From Bdellovibrio sp. (GTDB taxonomy: Bacteria > Bdellovibrionota > Bdellovibrionia > Bdellovibrionales > Bdellovibrionaceae): a stretch of DNA of 64,000 nucleotides. Below are positions 1 through 9,209 of the stretch, one piece after another (the stretch's first letter is position 1; each line of letters opens with the position of its first letter). The position numbers and the translations under genes were made by a program. Below the pieces are notes generated by a model. That model worked only from the letters and a program-made list of their open reading frames with translations. It was not told where the DNA came from and searched no databases. The stretch covers positions 1,024,001 to 1,088,000 of the forward strand of contig JAKFCY010000002.1 of NCBI GenBank assembly GCA_036676395.1, read 5' to 3'.

Positions 1-38
1 CATAAAGATTCTTACTGGAAGCTTGTTGAAAAATAAAC

Positions 39-395
39 TTAATCAACTACAGTCGCGCAAACGCCTAAAGCATTTTTTTCGACGTTAGAAATCTCATCGA
101 TAATAAAATTTCGCATGTGCGTGATTTGATTTTCAAGTTCGGTGTGAGTTCTGAAAATATCGCCGTTGGTGCAAAGAGTTTTATTTAAATAGCGCAAGTA
201 CGAGAAAAGAAATTGCTTAACTTGATCATTATTTTTATTTTGATAAGTGTCGACCACTGTGCTGATGGATTCAAAGATTTGTTTAACATCTTGTTTTTTT
301 AACGAAATAGTTTCGCTGTTTTTATAGCGATCAATAAGACCGTTAATTTGCGTGTAAGCTTTCATTATTTTTTCTGTAACATTTAGTGCTTCCAT
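39..395 (-). CDS. hypothetical protein
   Basis: 118-aa ORF, no recognisable motif. Confidence 0.55.
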   Translation of the reverse strand: MEALNVTEKIMKAYTQINGLIDRYKNSETISLKKQDVKQIFESISTVVDTYQNKNNDQVKQFLFSYLRYLNKTLCTNGDIFRTHTELENQITHMRNFIIDEISNVEKNALGVCATVVD

Positions 396-432
396 AGGGT
401 TTATGTTAGCAAGTTACGCAGGGAGTTCAATG

Positions 433-460
433 AAAAACCCGATCCGATTGGACCGGGTTT
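433..460 (-). terminator. probable intrinsic terminator of the cupin gene
   Basis: minus strand AAACCCGGTCC-aatc-GGATCGGGTTTTT just after the stop at 466. Confidence 0.6.
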
Positions 461-465
461 AAAGT

Positions 466-909
466 TTAGTTGTTCGTAATTAAACTTTTCTCCATCATCA
501 CATCCCATTTTCCGCGAACGTCTACAAAAAGGATACATTCTGCACCCGGAGCACAGACCGTTGTGTGTTTCTGTTTATTCTTATAGGTGAAAAAAGATCC
601 CGGCGTTAAACGGTGTTCGGTGCCGTCCATCGTTATAATCATAGTTCCGGCAATAACAGTAGCATATGTTACACTGCTGTGATGATGCATAGGCACGCTA
701 ACACCAGCGTCAAACTTGTGCATAGCATGGTGATTCCCTTTTTTCAGATCACCTTCGACCACAGCGACCTGAATGCCCGGCGTCTCTGGTACGGCTGTCC
801 ATTTCATGTCTTTGGCTTCTATGAATACGGCGTTTGAATCTTTCATTTTCGCGAAAGTGCTGATTGAAAAGATGGTGATTAAGATTGAGATTAGTGAAAT
901 ACGTTTCAT
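466..909 (-). CDS. secreted cupin-domain protein (DUF4437-like)
   Basis: signal peptide; cupin motifs PMHHHS...VIAGTM and LTPGSF...KHTT. Confidence 0.75.
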   Translation of the reverse strand: MKRISLISILITIFSISTFAKMKDSNAVFIEAKDMKWTAVPETPGIQVAVVEGDLKKGNHHAMHKFDAGVSVPMHHHSSVTYATVIAGTMIITMDGTEHRLTPGSFFTYKNKQKHTTVCAPGAECILFVDVRGKWDVMMEKSLITNN

Positions 910-1040
910 TGGTAAAATCCTTTCGGGGTGGTTGTTCTATAACCGAAAGGATTTAGCAATTATGTGACCATGTGCTTTGGGTCAATTTGGGAGAAGTTAT
1001 TTTGGATTCATCAATTCCGCGAGCTGTGATCTAATTGCTC

Positions 1041-1400
1041 CTAGAACTGTTTAAAATTACAAGATACTGAAAGGCGTGGTCCATTCGGCAAATTCAAATC
1101 AGTAAATGAATCGTTGTGAGGGTAAGTTGGTACTCTCGCGGTGGTAAACAGAATGGATTTTTCATTTTGAGTAATTGTGGTATAAATGGTGTCTAAGTTT
1201 ACATCCCAATTTACTTCGTATTTGTAGCCATTTAATACAGTGGCTTGCTTCCAGTTTAAATGTGTTTGTTCGCCTTTGGCCATTACGGCTTTTTCAAGCT
1301 GTTCGCCGGGGTTTTGAGACCAAGCTTCGCAAACCATTTCTAAGGCAGATGCCTGTAAACTGAATGTAAGAAAAGAAGATACGATGAAAAATTTAACCAT
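1041..1400 (-). CDS. secreted hypothetical protein
   Basis: signal peptide ending ASA; GGAG SD upstream; terminal Cys pair. Confidence 0.65.
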   Translation of the reverse strand: MVKFFIVSSFLTFSLQASALEMVCEAWSQNPGEQLEKAVMAKGEQTHLNWKQATVLNGYKYEVNWDVNLDTIYTTITQNEKSILFTTARVPTYPHNDSFTDLNLPNGPRLSVSCNFKQF

Positions 1401-1434
1401 AAAATGCTCCAGTCGATATTTCTGAATGTATACA

Positions 1435-1914
1435 CTATGTAATCGTTAATTCAACTTCGTAAATTCCGCGAGCGGCGATTGCTTTTTCGGGGCTTTTAAT
1501 AGGTCGTACATCAGTCAGCTCCCAGGCGTAATAGCCTGGTTCCCATTTTGTGGCACAAGCTGGCGTAATATCAGATTTTTCAAAGGGCCTGACGTTTTTA
1601 ATCTTAACGATGGCCACAGGAACTCCATCAGGATCGATTTCGCCTTCTTGGCGCAGAAAATTTTTATTTTCGATGATAAGCAAGTCATCAGCGAAGCCTT
1701 CGGGTGGTAACCATGACCTGACTTCGATCGTTTTTTCGCCGCGGGCGATTTTAGTTCCGCTAGGGTAGACGATGGATAGGGCCTTGAACTTTATTACGGG
1801 CTTAGGATTAAAGAATTTAAGAAACACGTACCAGTAAGCGAAAATGAACAGGGCAAAGACTGCGACAAAAGCCAGAAAGAAAAATAACATCCACGGCTCA
1901 AAGCTTTGCATCAT
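1435..1914 (-). CDS. ASCH-domain protein with N-terminal TM helix
   Basis: ALSI..P....IARGEKTIEVRSW (GxKxxExR) and YAWEL..VRP motifs. Confidence 0.75.
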   Translation of the reverse strand: MMQSFEPWMLFFFLAFVAVFALFIFAYWYVFLKFFNPKPVIKFKALSIVYPSGTKIARGEKTIEVRSWLPPEGFADDLLIIENKNFLRQEGEIDPDGVPVAIVKIKNVRPFEKSDITPACATKWEPGYYAWELTDVRPIKSPEKAIAARGIYEVELTIT

Positions 1915-2367
1915 TTAGGGTGAAGCTTCTGATTCAGTAGAGATGTCGCACTTTGAACAAAAGCCATAAAACAACATAGACAGATTTGCCTTAGAAAAGT
2001 CGTGAATGTCTTTGAGGGCTTTTTCAACTTTTTCAAAAAGTTCAGCATTTCCCTTATTCATTTTTCCGCAGGATTTACAGATGTAGTAATGGTGCATTTT
2101 TTTGCCAAAAACGTACTGATAGACTTTTCCGACTTTGGGTAAGTCTAATTCTTGAATTAAGCCTAATGAAATAAATTTTTCGATATTTCTATAAATAGTC
2201 GTTCGATCAACGTCTTCAATATGTTTACTTAAATAATCGTACAATTCTTTAATGGGAACATGGCGACTTTTATTATCTAAAAAAAATTGAATGAGTATTT
2301 CTTTAGATGGGGTCATGCGAAGCCCCTTTGATTTTAAGTAAGTGATAAGTTCAGCATGTTTTTTCAT
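1915..2367 (-). CDS. Fur-family transcriptional regulator
   Basis: GLRMT, TIYRNI, HHYYICKSCG and C-terminal GFCSKC. Confidence 0.9.
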   Translation of the reverse strand: MKKHAELITYLKSKGLRMTPSKEILIQFFLDNKSRHVPIKELYDYLSKHIEDVDRTTIYRNIEKFISLGLIQELDLPKVGKVYQYVFGKKMHHYYICKSCGKMNKGNAELFEKVEKALKDIHDFSKANLSMLFYGFCSKCDISTESEASP

Positions 2368-2379
2368 AATACACCGTGA

Positions 2380-2401
2380 TTATTGCCTAATGATGCAATA
2401 A
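2380..2401. promoter_or_regulatory. palindromic operator TTATTGC-N8-GCAATAA in the Fur/YoaK divergent intergenic region
   Basis: perfect 7-bp inverted repeat; second copy at 4022-4043. Confidence 0.55.
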
Positions 2402-2410
2402 CATTCAAGT

Positions 2411-3145
2411 ATGTTTCAACATAAGATAAACGATACAGCAAGCCTTAAAACTTACTTTGATTGGTTTGTTTTAAGCTTTCTGGCTGGAAGTATTAATACG
2501 GGCGGGTACCTTGCGTGTCACCGTTTTGTGTCTCATTTAACTGGGTTTGCGACGCTTGCGGGCATCTCGTTTGAGAGGTTAAACCTACTCGAAGCTTTCG
2601 GAACTTTGTTGGTGCCCATATTTTTTGTGGCCGGTGTTATGTTATCGGCTTATTTAACTGAACGAAAACATGTACACAAGTTACGGGCGCAAAAATATTC
2701 GCCGGTGATGGGATTGGTAGCTCTTTTATTGGGAATCGTGGCCTTAGGCGGAAGTCTTAACTGGTTTGGCCAGTTTGGTGACCCTGCGCAAATCAAACAT
2801 GACTTTACATTGCTGGCTTGTCTTTGCGGCGCTTGTGGATTGTTAAATGGGGCAATTACTTCGGCTTCTGGTTTTACCATCAGAACAACTCATTTAACGG
2901 GGCTGGCTACAGATCTTGGTTTAGGGTTAGTGCGTACTAAATTACACGGTTTAACCGGCGACGAAAAAGCTCGCGAGACTAAGGCCAATTTACTGCGTAT
3001 GGGAACAATCATTTCATTTATTGTCGGGTCGCTTGCTGGTGCTTTTGTATTTATGCGGTTTCAATATAAAGGATTTTTATTTCCGATGTTGCTTTCAATT
3101 TATTTTTCTTATGTCGCGTATAAGGCGCAAGCGCAAAAGGTCTAA
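2411..3145 (+). CDS. YoaK/DUF1275 family membrane protein
   Basis: LSFLAGSIN..G, FVSHLTG and RTTHLTGLATD motifs; multiple TM helices. Confidence 0.85.
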   Translation: MFQHKINDTASLKTYFDWFVLSFLAGSINTGGYLACHRFVSHLTGFATLAGISFERLNLLEAFGTLLVPIFFVAGVMLSAYLTERKHVHKLRAQKYSPVMGLVALLLGIVALGGSLNWFGQFGDPAQIKHDFTLLACLCGACGLLNGAITSASGFTIRTTHLTGLATDLGLGLVRTKLHGLTGDEKARETKANLLRMGTIISFIVGSLAGAFVFMRFQYKGFLFPMLLSIYFSYVAYKAQAQKV

Positions 3146-3150
3146 ATTTA

Positions 3151-3597
3151 TTAAGACTTTTCAGCGATGCGTGCTTTAACTTTTAACAGGGCTAATGACA
3201 GCGATATTGACATAAAATCAGAAAATACAGAGTAAATTTTATTATTATTTTTTATGTTTGGCAATTTTTGATAAGCCCATTTTTTTTGTTCTTCAGACTC
3301 AAAAATATTTATGATAAGCACGTTTTTTCTGGCTTTAGCTTCGGTCAAACATTTTAAAATCGACCCATACTTGTCTTGCAAACACCAATCCAGAATTAGA
3401 ATATCGAATATCAATGCAGACTTGAATATGAGCTTTCCATCCGGGGCCGAACGCGAACTTTGACAAGCGACAAGGTCACCAAGAATAAACCGGATCACTG
3501 CTTTGATGGATTTATTGGGCGAAATAATTAAAGCTTTTGCTCGTTTCTCGTATTTACTTATTGGCATGTGTTGCGTCTGTGCAAAAATTTGATTCAA
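3151..3597 (-). CDS. hypothetical protein, degenerate receiver-like (start may be 3567)
   Basis: KALII...FDILILDW pattern resembles a REC domain. Confidence 0.4.
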   Translation of the reverse strand: MNQIFAQTQHMPISKYEKRAKALIISPNKSIKAVIRFILGDLVACQSSRSAPDGKLIFKSALIFDILILDWCLQDKYGSILKCLTEAKARKNVLIINIFESEEQKKWAYQKLPNIKNNNKIYSVFSDFMSISLSLALLKVKARIAEKS

Positions 3598-4012
3598 GCT
3601 CGGTTAATTTTTGCACGACTAAACGGTCAATGTCTGTGCTTTTCAGATTTTCAGAAGCCGCTATGACTCGCGATACTGTTTTAATAATATCGTGCAGTTG
3701 AACAGAGATACTTTTTTTATGTTTTTTTAACGCAATTTTTTTCTTTTCAACGGCAGAGAGGTTTTGCATCTCTTTAATTCTATCGGGCTGCATGTAAGGA
3801 TTGTCGGTGTAAGCATTGCTAGAGACGGATTTTTTTTGCGCAAGCAGGCTTAATTTATTCTCGATGGCCTTAAGCTCTTCTAGGCGGGTGAAGAGTATTC
3901 GATTAAGAGTTTGAATTCGTTCATTCTTTATCGGAGCCAGTGCGTCACAAACATGCAGCATGGCTAAATAAACATTTAAATTTCGTAATTGTTCGGTCGT
4001 TTCCATTCTCAT
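3554..4012 (-). CDS. hypothetical protein
   Basis: 152-aa helical ORF. Confidence 0.5.
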   Translation of the reverse strand: MRMETTEQLRNLNVYLAMLHVCDALAPIKNERIQTLNRILFTRLEELKAIENKLSLLAQKKSVSSNAYTDNPYMQPDRIKEMQNLSAVEKKKIALKKHKKSISVQLHDIIKTVSRVIAASENLKSTDIDRLVVQKLTELESNFCTDATHANK

Positions 4013-4021
4013 ATATGATTA

Positions 4022-4043
4022 TTATTGCAATATGTTGCAATAG
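4022..4043. promoter_or_regulatory. palindromic operator TTATTGC-N8-GCAATAG
   Basis: same arms and spacing as 2380-2401; lies in a divergent intergenic region. Confidence 0.55.
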
Positions 4044-4086
4044 TAAAGACTTGCCATGACATAACATTATGGCCTATGAATGAGGA

Positions 4087-4515
4087 GTGAATTATCAATC
4101 AAAGTCATTACAAATACCTGTTGAGCTTTTTTACACTAAAAACCATGAGTGGTTAGCTGTCGATGAGAATGTCGTTACTTTTGGGATTACCGAAAGGGCC
4201 TCACAAATGCTGGGAGAAATTTTATACGTAGATCTTCCAGATGAAGGCAGTCGTATCAATATCGGGTCTCAGGTGGCATCACTTGAAGGTGTTCGCGATA
4301 TCATGGATTTAATCGCCCCGTTCAGTGGTACCGTGCTTGAGATCAACCCGCGGCTTCTGGAAGATCCAGCTTTAATCTCTGATGATGCTTACGGCGAAGG
4401 CTGGCTATTTACGGCTGAATTAGATCATGAAAAAGATCTGGCTCAACTTGTTAGACATTCAGAATACAAACAGCAGTTATTATCGCAAGACAACACTTCT
4501 GATGCCGCAAAATAG
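4087..4515 (+). CDS. gcvH: glycine cleavage H-like protein (lipoyl Lys replaced by Arg)
   Basis: YTKNHEW, GIT, LGEILYVDLP, APFSGTV.EIN, D.YGEGWLF; LEGVR in place of ESVK. Confidence 0.8.
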   Translation: MNYQSKSLQIPVELFYTKNHEWLAVDENVVTFGITERASQMLGEILYVDLPDEGSRINIGSQVASLEGVRDIMDLIAPFSGTVLEINPRLLEDPALISDDAYGEGWLFTAELDHEKDLAQLVRHSEYKQQLLSQDNTSDAAK

Positions 4516-4870
4516 TGAAAACATAAAAATCTATATTCTTAGCTTTAAGCCAGATTTGGTCGCAGACGCAATTTCTTATCTCAGTAAAAAAAAGTTTGAT
4601 GTTTTGGTGTTTGAATCTGCAGTCAAATTGATTGAAGCTATGAAAGCAATAAAACCAAAATGCGTCATGTTAAGCTCTGATGCGATAGAAAATTTAGAAG
4701 AAATTCCTAAAAAATTAGCCCTTCATTTTAAGGTTCCGGTGGTTGGTTACGTCGAACAAGAAAACATGTTGTCTCTTGCGCGGCTTCACAAAATGCAGAC
4801 AGAATATAAAATTCGGCCTCCAATAACAGGTGCCGCAAGTTATAGAGTGATTCAAAAAATCATTTCTTAA
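4502..4870 (+). CDS. hypothetical protein, receiver-like alpha/beta fold
   Basis: ATG at 4502 overlaps the end of gcvH; alternating beta/alpha pattern. Confidence 0.45.
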   Translation: MPQNSENIKIYILSFKPDLVADAISYLSKKKFDVLVFESAVKLIEAMKAIKPKCVMLSSDAIENLEEIPKKLALHFKVPVVGYVEQENMLSLARLHKMQTEYKIRPPITGAASYRVIQKIIS

Positions 4871-5088
4871 ACTATTTTAACTGAATGATTACCGAAGACC
4901 ACAACTTGGCCGGCAGTTAACTTTAAGGCTTTTCTTGTTTCGACTTTGCCATCAACACGAACCTGGCCAGCTTCGATAACAGACTTAGCCTGGCCACCAG
5001 TTTCACATAGATTAGCGACTTTTAATAAATTTTTTAGTTCGATATGTTCGTGACCATCTAGATCAAATTCGATTTCTTGAAGTTTCAT
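4867..5088 (-). CDS. S4-domain RNA-binding protein (YaaA/YbcJ family)
   Basis: IELKNLLK..NLCETGGQAK..I..G.V.VDG..ETRK. Confidence 0.9.
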   Translation of the reverse strand: MKLQEIEFDLDGHEHIELKNLLKVANLCETGGQAKSVIEAGQVRVDGKVETRKALKLTAGQVVVFGNHSVKIV

Positions 5089-5100
5089 AATATTTTTTTT

Positions 5101-5808
5101 CTATGTCATGATCTGAACATCTGGAAGTGTACTTATGTGGGTGCGCATTTTTTTAAGTTGATCTTCGCGAGTTTTATTTTCGTCATCAGTAGACATCAGC
5201 GTTAATGCTTTTGCTAAACGTTCGCCTTCGGCCATAGGGCTAGAGCGATGGCTGAAAACGTGTTTTAGCTTCATAACCTGAGCATAAGTAGTTTCAAATT
5301 TTTCAGCTAAGATTTTTTTAGCTTCTTGTTTTTGACCCAGTTGGTAGGTGATCCACGCCCATGAATAAGAAGATTCATTAAAGGTCTTTTTTAAAAGGTC
5401 ACTGCTATCTTTTATTTTCTCAAGATTAGAATTTGAAAGGGGTTCATCCCAGTTTGATTTTTTTTCAATAGCTTGTTGCATTACATTTGTGACGTGATTC
5501 AAGGTAATAGCTTTTTCTTTATCAGTTTTTAAATAGGCAGGAATCTTGAAATCTTTAACTTCGAAAACGTCTTGCGCTAATAACGATAATTTTAGAATGT
5601 GAGCTTCATTTTCACTAAGCTTTTCGCTGTTTTGTTTTTTAGTGTAAAAGCTGATAACTTCAGAGACCGGAAAAGCTTGTTGCTGCATTGGGGGAGCCAA
5701 AGACATGTCAGCGGCCATTTTAGCAAAAATCGTTTCGCTGGTAAACAACACGACCAGTAATAAAGCTAAAAAAGTTTTAAAGTTCAGATTGTTCTGTGTA
5801 TAATTCAT
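5101..5808 (-). CDS. secreted helical (TPR-like) hypothetical protein
   Basis: signal peptide; WAWITYQLGQKQEAKKIL TPR-like helix pair. Confidence 0.6.
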   Translation of the reverse strand: MNYTQNNLNFKTFLALLLVVLFTSETIFAKMAADMSLAPPMQQQAFPVSEVISFYTKKQNSEKLSENEAHILKLSLLAQDVFEVKDFKIPAYLKTDKEKAITLNHVTNVMQQAIEKKSNWDEPLSNSNLEKIKDSSDLLKKTFNESSYSWAWITYQLGQKQEAKKILAEKFETTYAQVMKLKHVFSHRSSPMAEGERLAKALTLMSTDDENKTREDQLKKMRTHISTLPDVQIMT

Positions 5809-5922
5809 GGTGTATCCCCAGTGTTATAACTTAAATGCTAACTTTACTTGAGCAGGTTTGTAAACATGATAAATATTGCGACACAGCTAGATCATCTTCG
5901 CGCTATCGTGTTGCGCCTGACT

Positions 5923-6963
5923 ATGAAGAGCAGCTATTTACGTGAAATTTACTGTGATCGTTCATATCGGCTTAGCTTAAGTTATATTTTATTAAGCGCC
6001 ATTTACCTGTTCTTAAGCTTGAAATATTCAGTCGTTCTTTTGATCTTAGGGCCTCTGCTTTTGGGGTACCCGCACTTAGTCGCAAGCTATCGCTTCGTGC
6101 AAAAAACAAATTTAGGATGGTCTTTGCGCTTGCAAACAACGGCCGTTTTTCGTTTTTTTATTTTTTTAACGGCAAGTTCATTGTTTATTCGTTTTGCATT
6201 GCCAAAGTTTATAAATGTACCGCAACTACCTTATGGCGTTTGCGAAATCTTATTATCGTTATCTGTTTTGGCTATCGTAAAAATAAAATTAAACTCAATC
6301 TTTGATATATTGGTCGCAGCAATGACTTTAGTGTTAACAGCAGGGGTTTTAAAACTAGCCTGGCATGACCCGCTGGCCTTTGTCGGCATTGCTTTAATTT
6401 TTCATAATTGGGTGGCCTTTGGTCATTGGTTTTTTGCGGCCAAAGATTATAAAAATAGGGCAGTGGCCTTTTCGGCGCTACTGATCTTTGCGCTGATTCA
6501 TTTTGTAGTGCTGTTAGGTTATTTCGATGCGCAGATTTTATTTCCAGAAATTAGTTTTCTTTCTGAACAGTCATTTGGCGTACGCGGTTGGGTCTTAGCG
6601 CCCTGGACATCCGATGAAATGATCTGGAACCGCATCATCGTTTTATACACCTTTGGTTTGTCGGTGCATTATTTTATTTGGTTGCGAGCGATTCCGCAGT
6701 GTTTAGATGAAAAGTCTGTTCCGAATTCATTTCGCAATAGTTTGCGACAGCTGCGTAAAGACTGTGGGCCAAAAACGACAAGTGTGCTTTTACTTGTAGG
6801 AACACTGGTTGGTTTAGCGATGTGGTTTCACACAGCCCTTGCTGGCCGAATCTATTTTGGGATTGCGATGTTGCATGGATGGATCGAGATGGTGTTTTTG
6901 ATGATCGCATTGAGCGCGTATTTTTTGAAATTACTTCTTCGATCTGCGCCACGAACGAATTGA
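5923..6963 (+). CDS. polytopic membrane protein with four spaced His motifs
   Basis: many TM segments; GYPHL, FHNW, VHY and LHG motifs; ORF track start is 5848. Confidence 0.65.
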   Translation: MKSSYLREIYCDRSYRLSLSYILLSAIYLFLSLKYSVVLLILGPLLLGYPHLVASYRFVQKTNLGWSLRLQTTAVFRFFIFLTASSLFIRFALPKFINVPQLPYGVCEILLSLSVLAIVKIKLNSIFDILVAAMTLVLTAGVLKLAWHDPLAFVGIALIFHNWVAFGHWFFAAKDYKNRAVAFSALLIFALIHFVVLLGYFDAQILFPEISFLSEQSFGVRGWVLAPWTSDEMIWNRIIVLYTFGLSVHYFIWLRAIPQCLDEKSVPNSFRNSLRQLRKDCGPKTTSVLLLVGTLVGLAMWFHTALAGRIYFGIAMLHGWIEMVFLMIALSAYFLKLLLRSAPRTN

Positions 6964-7028
6964 GCTGGCTTTTGCAGACCTTTGGCTCTGGATCTTGTAT
7001 ATGTCACACATAAGGCTACCATAAAGAG

Positions 7029-7265
7029 ATGAAAGTCTTTAAATCGCACATCGAAAACACCTCTATTTTTCTTGCTTGTGAAGACTCGTCAGGAAATGTC
7101 TATCAATCAAAGATGCTTATTAGCAGTGAAGCCGAGTACACGGCCTTGTTAGCGCGTTTAAAAATGCGCCCCGATGATAAAGTTATGCTTGATAATAATA
7201 TCACGACAGCAGATATGGTTTATGTTTCGCTTTCACGTCGAATTGCTAGCCGTATTAAGAAATAA
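7029..7265 (+). CDS. small hypothetical protein
   Basis: 78-aa ORF with purine-rich upstream sequence. Confidence 0.5.
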   Translation: MKVFKSHIENTSIFLACEDSSGNVYQSKMLISSEAEYTALLARLKMRPDDKVMLDNNITTADMVYVSLSRRIASRIKK

Positions 7266-7268
7266 AAA

Positions 7269-9107
7269 TTAAAACCGATCCGGTAATAACTTTTTTAGTC
7301 GATCTAAGAAAGTAAACTTTTCTTTACCCAAGCCGGGTGATGGATGACCATCGACCCGTAATTGAAAAAGAAAATAGGGCGGAATACATGATCCCTTGCC
7401 ACTAGAAGTTCTGGCGCAGATATAATCATCACGGCAAAATTTATCAGAATCACATTCTTGCATCGAGGCCGGTCTAACGTTTTCACTCAAACATTTAGCA
7501 AATGGTATTTTACCAGTAGCTAAACAGCTATTGAATTCATGTAGGATAGCGATAGATCCACAAGTTTCACCAGCTTTTAAGTTTGCACAAGAGCCTGCGC
7601 ACATGCCATTCGGAAAGCCCACAGATGTGTCTTCACAGACTGAATTGCTGCCGCAGAAAGAATCTGTCGACAATTTAAGACTGTCTTTTTTGGGATTCGT
7701 ATTGTGAACCATGCGTGCGGCTGTACACGGTGATCCTGAAATTTTACTTGTCGGAACGCAAATTCCTGTAGGGCTTATCACTTTATCTGCTGTTAAAGAC
7801 TGGCACTCGTAACCTTCACTGCAGGTCCAAGCTGCAAAAGATGGATCACCTAAGCCACAATGACTTCCCATTTTACCTTCGCCAGAAACAGCGCGCACTG
7901 AAAGCGGGCGGCTATGGGGAAGGTTTTCTTTTTTCTGGATGGCTTCAATAAAAAGGCTGCGGCGTTTTTGATCTAACAAAAAATGCGGAGATGAAGATGT
8001 GAAAATAGAATTTACGGCATCAGTCGCAGCTTTATCCTTACCTAAGAAGTGAAACCCGGCAACTGTTCGGCCTTGGTGGCAGCCGATGCAAGACATATCA
8101 TTTAATCGTCGCAGTAATCCCATCGAAGTTTTAAACGAACTATAATCTTTTAATTCTGTTTCAGAAAAATCCTGGGCTTTAAAAAGTTGCGAGAAATTTG
8201 CGTTATGAGTGCGGTGAGTTCCATGCAGGGCTACCGAAGTTGCTTTAGTCGCCAAAAATTTTTCAGGAATTACAACAATCCCGTCATCAATGTTTTTAAG
8301 GTTCTTTTTTTCGGTTAGCCACGTAAGTAGTTCTTGGCGAAGTTTTTTGTCTGCTAAAAGTTTTTTTACATCTGGCGTGTTTTCAAGTGTGCCTAGAGTA
8401 GTTTTTCCATTTTTCGGCGTAAAAACCCGTAACATGTATTCAGCGTATCCTGCCATATCAGGGCGAATCGTTGATGGCCAGCGTACTGACTGCATATTCA
8501 CTTCAATTGATTTTAGTTCGCCTAAAGTAAGACTGTTTTTTGACAGACTAGAAATGTTTCCTTTTTCAGTAAGTGCTACAAACTCGGTCCATTTCTGAAG
8601 TGGGGTGAGACAGCCATCAGAACCATTTGGAATCCAAAAAACTGAATTGATCGTCATAGGTAGGCGTGAATAAGTCGAAGGTTGCGCCAATGTCTTATAA
8701 GATAGGCGATAGATAAAACGAATCTCGCCACAGCTTTCGGGGTGAAACGACAACCGATCCATGCGATTAACGATTCCTACTAGTTCATACGACGCATAAT
8801 TTGAAATTAACCACTGTGAATCAAAAAGGCGGTGTGAACCTTTCATCGAAATGAAGAGTTTGGGGTCTTCTTTTTTAAGGTCTTCGATTTCAGTCCCTAA
8901 ACTTTTTGCGATAAACGCGTAGGAAGGGTTTTTTAAGAGAAGTTCGTTGTTGGCGCGAGGGATAGGTTCATTAAATACAAGACGGGCTATATCAAAACCT
9001 TGTGATTCTAATTGGATAAGAGTTTGAGGATTGTCGATAAAGAGTGTGGCTGCCTGAGCTTGGCAAAAGCTGAAAAAAAATAAAACAAGAGGCAAGTAGA
9101 TTTGCAT
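7269..9107 (-). CDS. secreted protein with CxxCH motif and Cys-rich C-terminus
   Basis: signal peptide (AQA); SCIGCHQ; many Cys in the last ~200 aa. Confidence 0.7.
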   Translation of the reverse strand: MQIYLPLVLFFFSFCQAQAATLFIDNPQTLIQLESQGFDIARLVFNEPIPRANNELLLKNPSYAFIAKSLGTEIEDLKKEDPKLFISMKGSHRLFDSQWLISNYASYELVGIVNRMDRLSFHPESCGEIRFIYRLSYKTLAQPSTYSRLPMTINSVFWIPNGSDGCLTPLQKWTEFVALTEKGNISSLSKNSLTLGELKSIEVNMQSVRWPSTIRPDMAGYAEYMLRVFTPKNGKTTLGTLENTPDVKKLLADKKLRQELLTWLTEKKNLKNIDDGIVVIPEKFLATKATSVALHGTHRTHNANFSQLFKAQDFSETELKDYSSFKTSMGLLRRLNDMSCIGCHQGRTVAGFHFLGKDKAATDAVNSIFTSSSPHFLLDQKRRSLFIEAIQKKENLPHSRPLSVRAVSGEGKMGSHCGLGDPSFAAWTCSEGYECQSLTADKVISPTGICVPTSKISGSPCTAARMVHNTNPKKDSLKLSTDSFCGSNSVCEDTSVGFPNGMCAGSCANLKAGETCGSIAILHEFNSCLATGKIPFAKCLSENVRPASMQECDSDKFCRDDYICARTSSGKGSCIPPYFLFQLRVDGHPSPGLGKEKFTFLDRLKKLLPDRF

Positions 9108-9145
9108 AACTCATAGTTGTCTGAATTCATGCTAAAGGCAAAAAT

Positions 9146-9174
9146 AAAAAAACCGATTATGTCTAATCGGTTTT
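9146..9174 (-). terminator. probable intrinsic terminator
   Basis: AAAACCGATTA-tgtc-TAATCGGTTTT hairpin with a U-tract on the minus strand. Confidence 0.6.
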
Positions 9175-9209
9175 AAACTTCGCATTTGAGTGCCACTTTG
9201 CAGGAGCAG

